From: Phoronis australis
Lineage: Eukaryota > Animalia > Phoronida
Direction of reading: 5' to 3'
Assembly: GCA_002633005.1 (NCBI GenBank)
Contig: NMRA01000248.1
Coordinates: forward strand, 325,846-389,845
DNA: 64,000 bases
The notes under the pieces were generated by a model that did not search any database, was not told where the DNA came from, and saw nothing but the letters and a program-made list of their open reading frames with translations. A program made the position numbers and the translations under genes. This document shows, piece after piece, positions 1 to 12,538 of the stretch (position 1 is the first letter of the stretch; each line of letters begins with the position of its first letter).

Positions 1-947
1 GAAATATTGCAAATTTCAACAAAGGCCTACAAGTTCAATGATAGCTCATTCAGTAGACTGATGTATCATGAAACCATATTGGGAAGCAAAAGTAGTAATT
101 GGGTGAAGCATTTGACAGTTTTCAAGTATTTTAGATGAACATGGGAAAAATAAAAATGTTTATAATTGTTAAGGGTGATTTTTTTCAGTTGACAAGTAAT
201 GAGGTAATTTAAAATAAAATATTTAAATATGCTCGACATGCTCTTCTAAGCATGCCTTTCCACGGGGGAAAGTCAGATTTCATGGTTTTCTCCACTAGCA
301 TTCGACATATTTTGCGCCATTTTCAATGCTAATACCCCGTTGGGTACATTTCAACGCTCTGTGTTGCTGTTGTTAGCTTAGTCAAGTAAATAATATCGTT
401 GTTGCAATTATTATAGATTTTGCCGTGCGTTAAGAATAAAACATCTCGGTATATTGTTTGTTTTTTTTTTTTCTTTTTTCTTTTTTTTTGTTTTTTTTTT
501 TTTTCCATAATTTTATTCTTCAATAATATACATTAATAATTTTTAAAGGGTGAAAGGGTGAACAAGGAAAAGGGGCAAGGACTCGGTATATTGTAATTAA
601 AGCTTGGCATGCATTCAAGTTGTTCTCTCAAGACAAAATTTTGATTGTAATACAAGTATTATTACTAATTGCCACTATAAACTCTTTTATAGTTTCTGTT
701 ATTCATTGTCATTTGATTTTGTTTTAATTTCTAGTCATTATACATCAGATTGAAAATTTTCATGTTAAATCCAGTGTGCAGCTGATTGTGTATTTTCTTG
801 CTTTAACAGGCGGGCATGCAATAAAAATTATGTATTTGTCAGCTGGCATTTCTACATTAAATTACTCATGCCACAATTCATGTATGTTGTAGTCTTGCAC
901 CTAATATTTTTTCTGGTGGTTCACAGAAACTTCTATATAACCCCATG

Positions 948-1336
948 AAGATGTTTGCGGCAAGCTTGCAGCAATGTGTGTGGCTGGGTTGCAGGAACTG
1001 TTCCATATAAGGACATAGAGATGTTTGCGGCAAGCTTGCAGCAATGTGTGCGTCTAGGTTGCAGGAACTGTTCCATATAAGGACATAGAGATGTTTGCTG
1101 CAAGCTTGCGGCAAACTTCATTTGCATGGTAAAAGTTTGCTGCATGTTTCCGGCAAGGATGCCGCAAGCTTGCGGCAATGTTTGCGGCAGGGTTTCAGGA
1201 AATTTGCATCCACTCTTTGGTCAGAGTTGATTCTACGTGTTTGCGGCTGGTTTGCGGAAACTTTTGCAGCAACCTTGCCACAACTTTGAGGCAAGCTTGC
1301 GGCAAGTGTTTGCAGGAAGGCTTTTTTTGGTATGGG
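948..1336 (-). repeat. Non-autonomous DNA transposon remnant with ~72-bp tandem units (EnSpm/CACTA CCC-type end)
   Basis: Tandem units GATGTTTGCGGCAAGCTTGCAGCAATGTGTG...GGACATAGA at ~948-1110 and many shorter GCAAGCTTGCGGCA subrepeats; ends TTTTTTTGGTATGGG (CCCATACCAAAAAAA on minus). The short ORFs here are repeat artefacts. Confidence 0.5.
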
Positions 1337-2059
1337 TAATCTCTAAAATCAGTTACCCATGTTCATGAAAAGCATGCATATGAAATCAATTTTGAGTAAC
1401 ACCAACTTTGGTGTTAAATAATCTAAAATGTGATTAAAACTCCACATTTAGTATCTAAATCTTAAAAACAAATTATATGAACAATCAACTCATTAAGCCT
1501 GACTGTAGATTGTAAAATGTTTTTGTGTCAACACTTATCAGGTTGCAAAAAGTACTTGCGGTAAATAGATTTTGTGAGTTGGCGGCCATTTTGCCAGCCA
1601 TCTTGATTTTTCTCTTCAACCAGTGACCAACTGTAAGGTCCAGATATTTTTAATTGTCTAATTTACAAAAGCATAGAAATTTTTCCATTTCAGGGCAAAA
1701 TATAAATCGAAATCTTGTAACTTGTACAAAATAGCTGTTTCAGCCACTATTTTGGGTGCCGTATTATTTTATTTTTCGGAAAATTGGCATCTTTTGATTG
1801 GTATGCCTGTTATGAAAAGTAAATAATCAATGACAAATTTTATTATTTTTTAATTTCCAGAGTAACATGCCAGACAGCAGTAAATACCGGTTTTGCAGGC
1901 CAGTTATCCGCTACCTTGAAATACCGACTTCCGCCACTCCGATTTCGGTATACTTTTTTCTGGCACCAATTTATGTTCGGAGATGCCATTTATGCAAAAA
2001 AACCCTTCAGTTGCAATTATTCTAGGTTGGGCCCTCTGGAGCCCTGGAATGACTGGACA

Positions 2060-3760
2060 AAAAATGGTACACTGTGGCTGTTAGAAATCAATTTTGAAAA
2101 GGCTTTTGGCAGCTTGTCCTGGAACTTCCTAAATAAGGTTTTTGATATCTTTAATTTCAAGGACTGAAGTGTTGTTAAAACTTTTTGTACTTGTCCTGTG
2201 TCATACATTGTCAAAAATTGTTTTCTGTCCAGAAGTTTTACTCTGCTTATGGGTGTAGACAAGGTAATCCTGTTTTTTCATGTTTTCACTTTATATGTTG
2301 AAATATTAGCTTTGATGACGAAACAAGATAGGAAAATTGAAGGCATTCAAATAGGAAATGATGAATTTATACTTATACTCGGTGTGCTGATTACGCAACT
2401 TTTTCGTTTTGATGGTTTTCGCCGTATTTTGGAAGCTACTATACAGTTTCTGAGTAACTTTTGAAATGTGTGGTTTGACAGTAAATTATTCCAAAATATA
2501 TGTTATTTGGATGGCTGTGCAGTCAAACATTTTATAAACAAATGTTTTCCGTTATGCACGATGAAAGTTAGAATGGTGCGTAATGTCATTTAAGCTGCTA
2601 AGTATCAATTTTAGTTCTAACTTAGAAAAAAATTAACATTTTAATTTTACTTGAACAACAATAACACAGTACCAGGACAGAAATCCCCAATGACACATCA
2701 CACACACCCGCACACATTTCACTGAAAACTCAGTTTCACAAAACACCATTTATTATGTACTTTTCTCACCTGCATTTCTATTTAAAGAGGAAAAAAACGG
2801 AACGCCTTTGGAGAAATATGTCTCCTAATTCATTGTTATAATAATTATATTTTTCCAATGTGAAATAAATTTCTAATTCTTTTTTGAAAAGTGTTAAAAG
2901 TGGTGGTTCTATTTTCAGCTTTTTGCAGTATACATGCTTTTTGGCCTAAACCATGATGGGATTCAACAGTTCATTCGCTTTACCAGTTTTACTAAATAAT
3001 ACAGTCTTAAAATCTATCAATATATCAACGTTTTTGCATGAATATAATACTCAGCTATTCTTTTCCAGAAACGCTTAACAAAAGTGAAACCCAAAAATAA
3101 ATGTTCTAAACTTTCAGATTCTTTCCTACAAAATGTACATCGGTCAGATGGAAAAATACCAATTCGCATTAAAAAGCTATTTGTTGCTAAAATTTTATCT
3201 GTATAATTCTGATTCAACCTAGAAAAATGATTGAAATCAACTGCAATGAGGGCATTGATGAAATCAAATAATCTTATGAAAATTTAGTCTAGAAGAAAAA
3301 TTTCTTTTTAGGAATTTATGGTGGCAAAGTCCTTGATTATGCCAAAAATTGTTCACTTAATGACAACTCTGCCTACTCCGTCAGACATTATGAATGAATT
3401 GAATGCAAACATTTTTAAGTTGAGAGGGTGAAGAGATACGTATTAATTAAAGCTCATGAAGAAGGGGGGGTGAAAATGATGAATTTAATATTTTTGCAAG
3501 GCTATAAAATTTCATTTATATAATGACAATTTACCTGTGAATCAAAATGGATGAAATTATTTGAACTAGAAATGAGATGTTCTAAATTTTGGAAATGATT
3601 AAATATATTAAAAGTCAATAGCACTGAAGTAATCAACCCTTTTTGGAAAGAGGTGCTAAGTAACAGGTCTATTTTCGTAAGTAAACAGCCCCATAAAGAT
3701 GCGAATGGTTTATTCTCAAGTTTATGGCTGTACTTGGGGAGCAAGTTTTCTGATATGTAG
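2060..3760. mobile_element. Decayed, internally rearranged L1/Tx1-type LINE ORF2
   Basis: Plus 2060-2640: LEINFEKAFGSLSWNFLNKVFDIFNF and EILALMTKQDRKIEGIQIGNDE (RT). Minus ~2780-3300: ILATNSFLMRIGIFPSDRCTFCRKESESLEHLF (zf-RVT C-terminus). Plus ~3450: EEGGVKMMNL post-RT motif. Many stops and frameshifts. Confidence 0.8.
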
Positions 3761-4329
3761 AATCGATTAAACACACGACACTTCATTATTGATAGTTTTT
3801 ATTCCGCTTCGTTCGTATGTTCGAATAAAACTCTCAACAGAACACTGATGAAGTAACTGACCAAGAGACGTGATTAAAACATACACGATATTTCGAAACA
3901 TACTTCTTTCATTCGCAAGTGGAAATAAAATGACACAGTAATGCCACCACAGAGCATAAGCTGGAGACATACACCAGCCATGTCCCACTGTAGGGTCAAG
4001 ATGGTAGAGTATGTTAAACCCTGTGCTGATTAGTGCCATTGCCTATCAAACAAGGATAACAAGCTTCACTGGAAAACCTAATTGCTAGGCAAAAGAGTTT
4101 ATGGAGAATTTTTGCCACTAGTTGTCAAGTGTGTCAAGGTAGGATTGTCCAATTGGTGACAGTCCAACATGTAGACGACACACGTACTAGTTCATCTAGT
4201 GAACTCTCAGGTTCTTGCTGGATAAACACTATCTTATTGGTGTGACTCAATCCCGAAACGCAAATCGATCATGATGGCTAAGATGACATCCAAGTGGACT
4301 TTCGTGATGAGATGGTCACAAATCATCTC

Positions 4330-5400
4330 TTAAATCTGGCCATTGTGTTTTTTTGAACATTGAAAGGCACCTGGGCATGACATGGTTTATCCAAAGATGT
4401 TGCAAGTTCTGTAACAGGAATTAAGCTTTCCCAAATCCCGTTTACTCACTACAGGGCCAATCTTATATTAGGCTATATCCCAGAAACCTGGACCAAAGCA
4501 AGAGTAATATTTATACCTAAGTCTGGTAAAAATTCTTACTTCAAAACTAACTTCTTCAGACCAATAGCATCTTTCTTTTTCACCCAAGGACTGGAGATAT
4601 TGGCTTTGGCACTTTGATAACCAAGATATTATGAGCAAATTCGAGGAATCAGTATGCTTACAGACCTGGTTACTTTACAGAGACAGCAGCTCTTCATCAT
4701 CTTAAGACAGCTTCAAGGTACTTAAACTACACGGTCAACGGACTCATAAACGCGACTCACGTTCCTGCAAACACCGTCCACTGACTCACAAACACTTTAA
4801 CGGACTCACAAACACGATCTACGCACCCAAATACACGGGACACGGACTCATATTCACGAGGAAACACGGTTAACGGACCGCCAAACACGGGTCACGGACA
4901 AAATGAAGATGCCAGCTGACCCAGGAAGCCGATGAGTCCGTGACTCGTGTTTGGCGGTCCGTTAACCGTGTTTCCTTGTGAATATGAGTCCGTGTCCCGT
5001 ATATTTGGGTGCTTGGATTGTGTTTTGTGAGTCCGTTCCCGTGTTTGTAAGTCGGTGGACGGTGTTTGCAGGTCCGTGTTCATGCGTCCGTGCCCATGTT
5101 TATGAGTCCGTTGACCGTGTAGTTTAGGTACCTTGAGCTTGAACAGGCTGTGTTAAACAAAATACTCACTCTAGGTACTTTCATGGACATTGTTAGCTAG
5201 GGCCTTCAGTTACATTAAACGTCATGCAATTCATAATGCACCGATTCAATTTAAAGTTGATATGGGGCTTTTTTGATGAATGATGATGAGTAGTCATGCT
5301 GCAACTGCTGAACTTGGAGAAGCATGCATGATAGTCCGTCTCACTAGAGGAATTTCACAAGGTGGCATCACTTCTCTCATTCTCTTAAACATTGTCATGC
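4330..5400 (+). mobile_element. Decayed LOA/R1-like LINE reverse transcriptase, interrupted by a MITE
   Basis: KAPGHDMVYPKMLQ; YRANLILGYIPETWTKARVIFIPKSGKNSYFKTNFFRPI; QYAYRPG..TETAALHHL; after the insertion, LTRGISQGGITSLILLNIVM (RGCPQGG motif). Confidence 0.75.
4714..5135. mobile_element. Foldback MITE with ~200-bp TIRs and 5-bp TSD
   Basis: Starts CAAGGTACTTAAACTACACGGTCAACGGACTCATAAAC, ends GTTTATGAGTCCGTTGACCGTGTAGTTTAGGTACCTTG; flanked by AGCTT at 4709-4713 and 5136-5140. Confidence 0.85.
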
Positions 5401-6261
5401 GCACTGTCTTTTTTACACAGTTGATGGTCAACATAATCCCAGGTTTGGTCATGGCGTGGTCTTCGGTTTCTAGCATTGTTGCAGGAAATGCCGCAATGTT
5501 GTCCAGAAGGCATTCCATACCATGGACTGCGGCAATGGGGTTAGAGATTAGTATTAGTGATGTTCACGTGAAAACAGAAATGACATATTACACCATTGAA
5601 GCTCTGTGGTCTAAACTCTCATTACATGCAATGTGACAGGTGTTACTTTCCAACATTGCCTTTCTTTGACACGCCGATCCAACTGTTGTGCAAGTACTAA
5701 CACCAAGCTTTACATGTGCAGTCCTGGTGATTCCTTTGAATTTCTTTATAGCATTTAAAATGAGCTTCAAATTTGCCACCCTGTCAAAGCACTTTGATTT
5801 CACATCAGGTACAGATGTATGCGAAGTTTTTATCTCAAATCCCAGACATTTCGGTGGAAGGCACACTGAGAAAAAGTTTTTCTACTTTCTTAGAAAACAA
5901 AAAATAAGATTTTGCTCAAAATCTAATTTAATATAACAAAAGCGCTTGACCATGTTAATTTGCTTTTAAGGAAATTTAAGTCTGTATTGACATAACTTGA
6001 GAAAGTCCTGGAATTGGGTTTGCTTGTAAACTGGAGACATATTCTTACTGCAAACTGACCCAGTGTTCATGAACCCTGACTTATTCACTGATTTCTCATT
6101 TAAGTGTTAATATTATAAGGTGTTTATATCCTGCATTAAGGAATGTTATTTTTAAATTGATAGGCTGAGATAGGTTTTAATGTTTTTGGGTTTTACAATG
6201 TTTGAATTGAATTGTTTATGAACTTTAAATTGAAATAGTCATTAGAGTTTTGTTGTTTCAG

Positions 6262-6400
6262 AGGAGGGAGGCAAAGATATGACACGTGTTTTTCCAAGGC
6301 CAGACACATGAAGTACAAGTACCTATCCATTATAATAGATGGCATGGATCAACACAAGGCAACTGTGCCTTGATTCACTGTGCAGCAATGCACATAATTT
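6262..6400 (+). mobile_element. DDE/D transposase exon remnant (Sola-like / DUF7869-type)
   Basis: After a TTTCAG acceptor the frame reads RQRYDTCFSKARHMKYKYLSIIIDGMDQHKATVP*F. I recall LSIIIDGMDQ.K..P as the first catalytic-Asp motif of this transposase group. Confidence 0.55.
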
Positions 6401-8619
6401 ATTTCTAATGCTCTTGTTGACATATTTTTGTCGTACCAACAATGAAAAAGTTCAATTTCCAGCAACAGATTTTTATATTGGCCATAGTGTCTACAATGTG
6501 CAGGAAAGAATTTTGCCATGAACGGCCAGTGTTTGGGCAGCACTTCTGTTTCGCAATCCTTAAACAAAAGTAATTGGTCATAAAAGTCTAGATGTTCTAA
6601 TGTAGTTAAGTCGCCAGTTGAGAAATGTAATGTTGCTTGTAACTGTATTTCTGCTGTACATATTTGTTGTCGCTTGTAGTACACCCTGCATTTTAATAAT
6701 GTTAACTTTTTTATTTTTTTGTGAAATTAGACAATACATATAGATACCATGTTTTCAAGGTATAATTTTCAACCAATCGTGATACCATGAATATGGATTG
6801 TCTTGGAGTGTCAGACTGTAACTGTTCCTCCTGTTGTGCCATGTGTGGGGGCTGTTTTTGCCTAAAGTCAAGAATTGTCAGTGATGATTTGTAAGTCATT
6901 AGAGTAGTGTTTGTTGTTCTTAAAGCTTTACTCAGTAACTTGAATTTTCCCAAATTTTGTTGTGGCATGGAAAAAGTTTCACAAACTGGTATGCATATTA
7001 CACTAATGAGTGAGGTCACACAAAAACTTAGAAAAGAGACATGCCTAATATGGCGTGACCATGGCAAAATGGCCTATAATGGATTTGATATTTCCCTAAG
7101 TGGTTTCCATTTTTCTCTGATAAGTTTCATTTTGAACACAAATCATCGATTTGTAGAAAAACTTCTTCCAACTGTGCAAAAAGCCATGATTTGGGACAGT
7201 CATTTATGACGTGTATAAACGAATACACCTTTGCAAAATTGATTATGATAGATCATTTTGAATACTGACTTGTGTCTACCGTTATACACTATTTTGCCTT
7301 TTCTTACATTTCACATTTGTGTTTGGAAAAGGCGTTTACAATTTTGTTAACCAATAATATGAATTATTTGATAGTAAAAATTGCTAACTTTTTGTGACAA
7401 TCTTTATCAGGATTTCTATGTAAGGATGATCCTGTCAGCTAAGATCACCTGTAATACTGTGGCCTAGATATTTCGAAGTTGTGATGTTCCAAGATTTAAG
7501 ATTAACATTGTAAAGGTTGTGTAAATTTACTGATATACATATATTTGCAACTATATTTTGTTTAATGTTTTTGTAATAATATCAACAACACTGTTGAAAT
7601 TTTGAGCAAAGTGATTAAGGAAGTAAAGAGCCTCATTTTAAAGTGTTAATTTTAAATTATTTTGCCTTGAATACTTGAATTTGGAACACATTCCATTCAT
7701 TGTATCAGTGATGGCATGAACTTCTGAAGTAGAACCTGTATGCATGGAATTCGAAATGTCTAAGTAAAAACGTCAGTGTAGTGAACACATTTGTTAATCT
7801 GAACATCTTGATTTTCAAGTTGAGGTTGGTCTGTAGTTGGCTTGTTTTTGACTTTTTGGTTTAAATTGATGCACCGCTTTGGCAAAAGTGTACATGCCAT
7901 AGACAACATGGTTTTTTTGATTGCTACAGCTTTTGTAGACCAACATTTTGAAGTTGAATCACTCAAATTTGTTAAATAGTGTGGCTCAATTCCTGGATAA
8001 AACGTCTCTGAGAAAACGAGCCAAATTATGCGATTAAAAATCTCTAAGTTTATTAACTGAGGCTCCGCTCTGACAAAAGGGAACAATGAACTTGTTTTCT
8101 CATGTTTATTTCAAGGCTTTGTAAATTAAACCATTGAACTGACCTCATTCAGTAATAACTAAATGTTGTTTTCCTGTTGGTTTTCACTTGTTTGATAAGC
8201 TGTGTTTAATGTGTTACATAATAAATATCATGAACAATTATTTTCCGTTTTTCATGAAAACAATATTCACCAACATTTAAGAAGTTTTACACCTATGTAG
8301 GTATATGGTAGACATTTGCCATTGCTTCAGTGGGTACTGTCAATGACGCAATCAGTGTCTGAAAAGACACTAATCATATAATATAAAATGTTCAACAATA
8401 AATAACCAATATATTTCTGTGACACACTGTTGACAAGTGGATCATGGTGTGAGTGCAGTTAGAGCAAGCAGAATCTCTTGTAATGTGTTATTTTATTGGG
8501 ATTCGTGAGATTATTTGGTACCTGTAATGAAATTCACACAACGTGTTTGAAATAATTTTTCGTTACGAAAAGGTGTCCTGCACAGCCAAGATGTGAAGCT
8601 CACTGCTGCCAGGCTTCTT

Positions 8620-8763
8620 GGTATATCCTGTGTGTAAGACAGACCACTCAAACGAATGAAGACAGTGGTATATCCTAAATATATATAGGATATACCACTG
8701 GCGTCATTCGTTTGAGTGGTATATATATAGGATAGACCACTCAAACGAATGATGCTAGTGGTA

Positions 8764-8806
<43 letters not shown>

Positions 8807-8813
8807 ATAGACC
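8620..8813. repeat. Cluster of 39-bp TIR mini-elements within a (TA)n tract
   Basis: Unit GGATAGACCACTCAAACGAATGA.G..AGTGGTATATCC at 8637-8675 (+), 8688-8723 (-) and 8730-8768 (+), separated by TA runs; extra isolated ends at 8620-8628 and 8805-8813. Confidence 0.75.
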
Positions 8814-8972
8814 GATTAATGAATTTGCAAGTGTGGCATTGTCTGGGAAATACCTTATTAAGTATTCAATTTAAGTCCTTTTTTTCGAAGCTCATTTATT
8901 TGAGAAAAGCTCATTTCAAATGAGAAGGTGTTTTCTATACTTCACCGTTTTTCTCTAGGGCGATCCCTTGTT

Positions 8973-9745
8973 CTATTGTCGACTCAGGCACTCCGCACCG
9001 AAGTTTGACTTTCCCTGGGAATACTCTACATTGAACTTATGATTAGCAGAGTCATTGTATAGCTCTGGGAGTCTCAATTGTGCAGCGTAGAATGTATGCC
9101 ATTGGCCTGTGGTCTGTCTTGCCCCACGAATTCTGACCCGGAAAGATAAAATAGGGAGCTCATTGAAGTAACCCTGCTCGCTGGTTTTCAGTTTTCGGCT
9201 GACTTACGTTATAGGGAACATTCTATCGTCAACTAGGTCTACATGCAGCAAGACTTAATTCCCCTAAACCGTCATTGGACAGTCAGTCCAGATAATGAAC
9301 TTCTGAGTGAAGTATGACACTCGTAGGATCGGACTACTTCCATGCTTTTGCTTTAACTTTCTGACTGGCCCTTTTCATTAAGCCAGCCGAAGGCACGGCT
9401 GTCTGGAGGTAGTAGCCGGTGAGTCACCCCGGCTGTTGGTGGTGGTTGGAATTGGTGAGTCTTAGATTCGCATTAGCTTTTAGTCGACCATAGCTATCTG
9501 GTTTGTTCCTATTGTCCAAGAAACTTCTCTTCTTGATATCCAATGTTGCATTTGGACGGTCTTTCAGTCAGTCAAACCTGCTAGTATTTTCAGTTCCCAG
9601 GTGACAGTGAGGATTAGTGCATCGATCGTCGAAGTATCCCACCCCGCTAATATCCTCTGTATTATGCTGTAGAATGTGGCCGCCGAATTCAAAAGGCAGA
9701 GTCGTCAAAAGTCGCAGTTGGTCTGTAAGAATAGGTCCATTTTAA
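8973..9745 (-). mobile_element. Decayed Gypsy RT-RNase H (Gmr1-like, ORF ends after RNase H)
   Basis: Minus-strand fragments LPF..NSAATF, GYFDD, RPSKC-like, KFLG, LTGYY, MFPIT*VSRKLKTSEQGY, TDHRPM and KFNVEYSQGKSNFGAECLSRQ* (stop 8973-8975). Confidence 0.75.
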
Positions 9746-9796
9746 GTTGCCCAAAATTTGTGCATATGTACTTTTAAATCATGGGGTCAGACTTGT

Positions 9797-10552
9797 TGTC
9801 ATGTACTTTAACGTCAGAATCTATTTTAGATGGTGTTTACAACTTTGAGTTCTGGGGTCAAAGCACGCTAGAGATTCTAGAAAATTCTGAGAACAAATTA
9901 TAACAGCCAATTATATGATTGGATGTGATCATGTGGTTTTTATTAGCCAATCACTAAATAAGTAGAATATTATATTATGGGCTAAAATCCACAAGATATC
10001 CAGATGCGCTATATAGTAGTTGAAGCACAAAGACTACAGTGTACAGAGGAAATTGTACGACAGATCCACCTCGTGGAAGATTCTGGAAGGGATCTTGGCA
10101 AGGGCAAGGATTAACGAACAGGAAGTTGACTAAGAGCTTGTCACTTGCATCGTGGATAGTACGTGAAGTGTTGCGTCACCAGCAAGAGAGTGTGACCAGC
10201 AAGAAGAATCGTGGGTAGTGTTGCATCACCAGAGACGGTGACCAGCAAGTACACTGTCGCTATAGAGTGTGTGTGTAGTTCGAATATTCACCAACGGGAC
10301 CGTCATCCCAACAAGTGGAGAGTCCTAGCTTGGATAGCAGATAACTTCGTTGATTGATTAAAGTAATCTTTAAAGAGGGCGCTAGCGTAGTTACTCTTCT
10401 TTAGTTGATTACTTAATTAACAACAAGTTTCTCTTGTCTAATTAGTCGTTATCATATAATAAATTAATTACTGGGTTTAATTATTCACTCTCCATCTACG
10501 CACAATCTCAAAGTATAGCTACCTTTTAAACAAACCCAGTCAATCTCTGACA
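9797..10552 (+). mobile_element. Probable solo LTR
   Basis: TGTCA...TGACA termini, ~756 bp; CTAGA-rich U3, CCAAT, TATA-like element at ~10010, internal GTGACCAGCAAG repeats and AATAAA at ~10458. Imperfect flanks TTGT/TGGT. Confidence 0.5.
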
Positions 10553-12361
10553 TGGTCATTGCCACATATAGAAAAACACCTGCAAAGTTCCTGCTAAGGA
10601 ATCGAGATCGAGCTGCAACCATGGTAGCAAAAAATCACCACTAGGGGGTGCCACAGTTGTCAGGCCGTCTTAAAATCAAGATCAGACTGGACATAGTTTT
10701 CTGATATGAAATACAGCTGCTGAGTTTAACAATGATCATTTGAGCACTTTGGTGGATAAAGAGGCAGACGCCAAAAAACGGACGCGAAATGAAAAAAATG
10801 GCCACGAGGTGGCGCAGAATATGTTGAGACCCCGAAAATGAAAAGCATTGTTATCTCCTTAATAGAAACCACATTTCAGGAATCCGTCTGTAACTTTTTA
10901 AAAATAACGGAAGCTGTAGCCGCCTCTGGCTACAGGGATAACAAAACAAAACCGTTTCCATAATACACTTTATTATTTGGTTGCTACCGATAAGAAGTGT
11001 CCAATAAAGCGGTTATCTGTAATGAAGAAAAAACACAGTCTAAGTACTCGGCTAGTAAGCGTACTGTAAATCAGTTAACAAGCAGCTGAATATACTGTAC
11101 TTTAAACAACTATACACGCTCTAAACTTATGGCTAAATGCACACGAGTACATACATACTATGCCATAATACTCAGTACTTACAACAGTTTGGCTAACAGT
11201 CTGCTCAATATAAAAGTTTCAGCATCCGATGAAAACGCATGATGCGCGTTACAGATCTTTTCAACGAATGCCGCTATACACGAGAAACGCTAGTCACCAA
11301 AACCCGCGTAACAAACAGGCTAATACGTAATAATAGCCGGCCGGTCTAGCTACTATTCGACTATGCAAATGCTATTGTAACCGCTGCAAAGAACTGGCTT
11401 ACTGAACAAAACCCAATCACAGCGGTGAAAGATGCACTGCTACCTATAAAGAAAATAAACAACGTAACAAGTAAATGAAATACAACAACCAATGACAAAA
11501 AAATCAACAGAAGCAAATGTAGAAAAAATTACCACCAACGGCCACAACTAAACTCGTCGACATCTTTTGGCAGGGGCGGTACAGGATTTTGAGTTAGGGT
11601 AACCAGGGCAGAGTATGAGCCAGGATTTTGCCCGTCAGACATTCGCACCACGGAACTGTCAAATGGAATTTGGGAGAATTTTAGGGGGGACATGGCCCCC
11701 TTGGCCTCCGTCTTGTTAAGAAACAATTCAATGACTTCATCCTCGGGTACATTAGTGAAAAGGCTGCAAACATCTAGTCTACACATGAAGGGTGCATCAT
11801 TAATTGCACGGACTTCATTAACAAACTGAAAAGAATCTTTAAGTGTTTAGTCATTCTCACTGATAGGTTTGAGAATTTTAACTAGGAATTTGTCAAGCTC
11901 AAGTTCCGACACAGGACACAATATAGGTCGCAGCGGTACACCATCCTTGTGTGTCTTAGGCAAGCCGTAGAGACGTGTTGGCTGTGACCCGCATGGTCTT
12001 ATACGAGTGTAGGTGTACTGGTCCAATGCACCTGTCCGTTTAAGATTTTATGAGCAGCTCTCTAGGTACGGTTCGCGCTTAGTTGTATATTGATACTGAC
12101 AAGGTCCATAAATTGTCTCGTAACCAATTACGTAAGTTACTCACGATCGCAGTTAAACATAACCATTTTCTGATTTGATGATAACTTTTGTGATCAGATT
12201 GACTTAGTGGCCATGGGTTCACCCCTGGGACCAGTGTTGGCTATGTGCAATCTCGAGACTGAGGCTCTGGCTAGTTGTCCACCGGATTGTAAACCACAAT
12301 TTTATCGTAGGTATGTGGACGATACGTTTGTTGTATTTTCATCCAAAAGCTCAGTGAACAC

Positions 12362-12538
12362 TGTGACGTGATGTTCGATTACACGTTTTATTCGGATTAT
12401 TGGACTTTAGTCGTACTGATAGTTTAGTCAGAGCTACTTCCTGTTGTCATCAACTTCCTGTCTCAGACCATGAGGTCATGATATAATAAAGTGATGTTTT
12501 ATTAGTTAAAATCTACGAGTTAACAGCAATTCGTTACA
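12362..12538 (+). mobile_element. 177-bp solo LTR inserted in the Penelope RT
   Basis: TGTGACG...CGTTACA inverted ends, AATAAA at ~12485, TSD GAACAC/GAGCAC. Removing it restores the frame SSVNT-FFKHMNNMHP. Confidence 0.8.

Noticed and set aside
329-523. Lys-rich 64-aa ORF
   Set aside because: Translation of a poly-T tract.
1480-1945. Academ-like transposon end (CCGACTTCCGCCACT)
   Set aside because: Only a recalled resemblance of one terminus; no partner end or TSD found.
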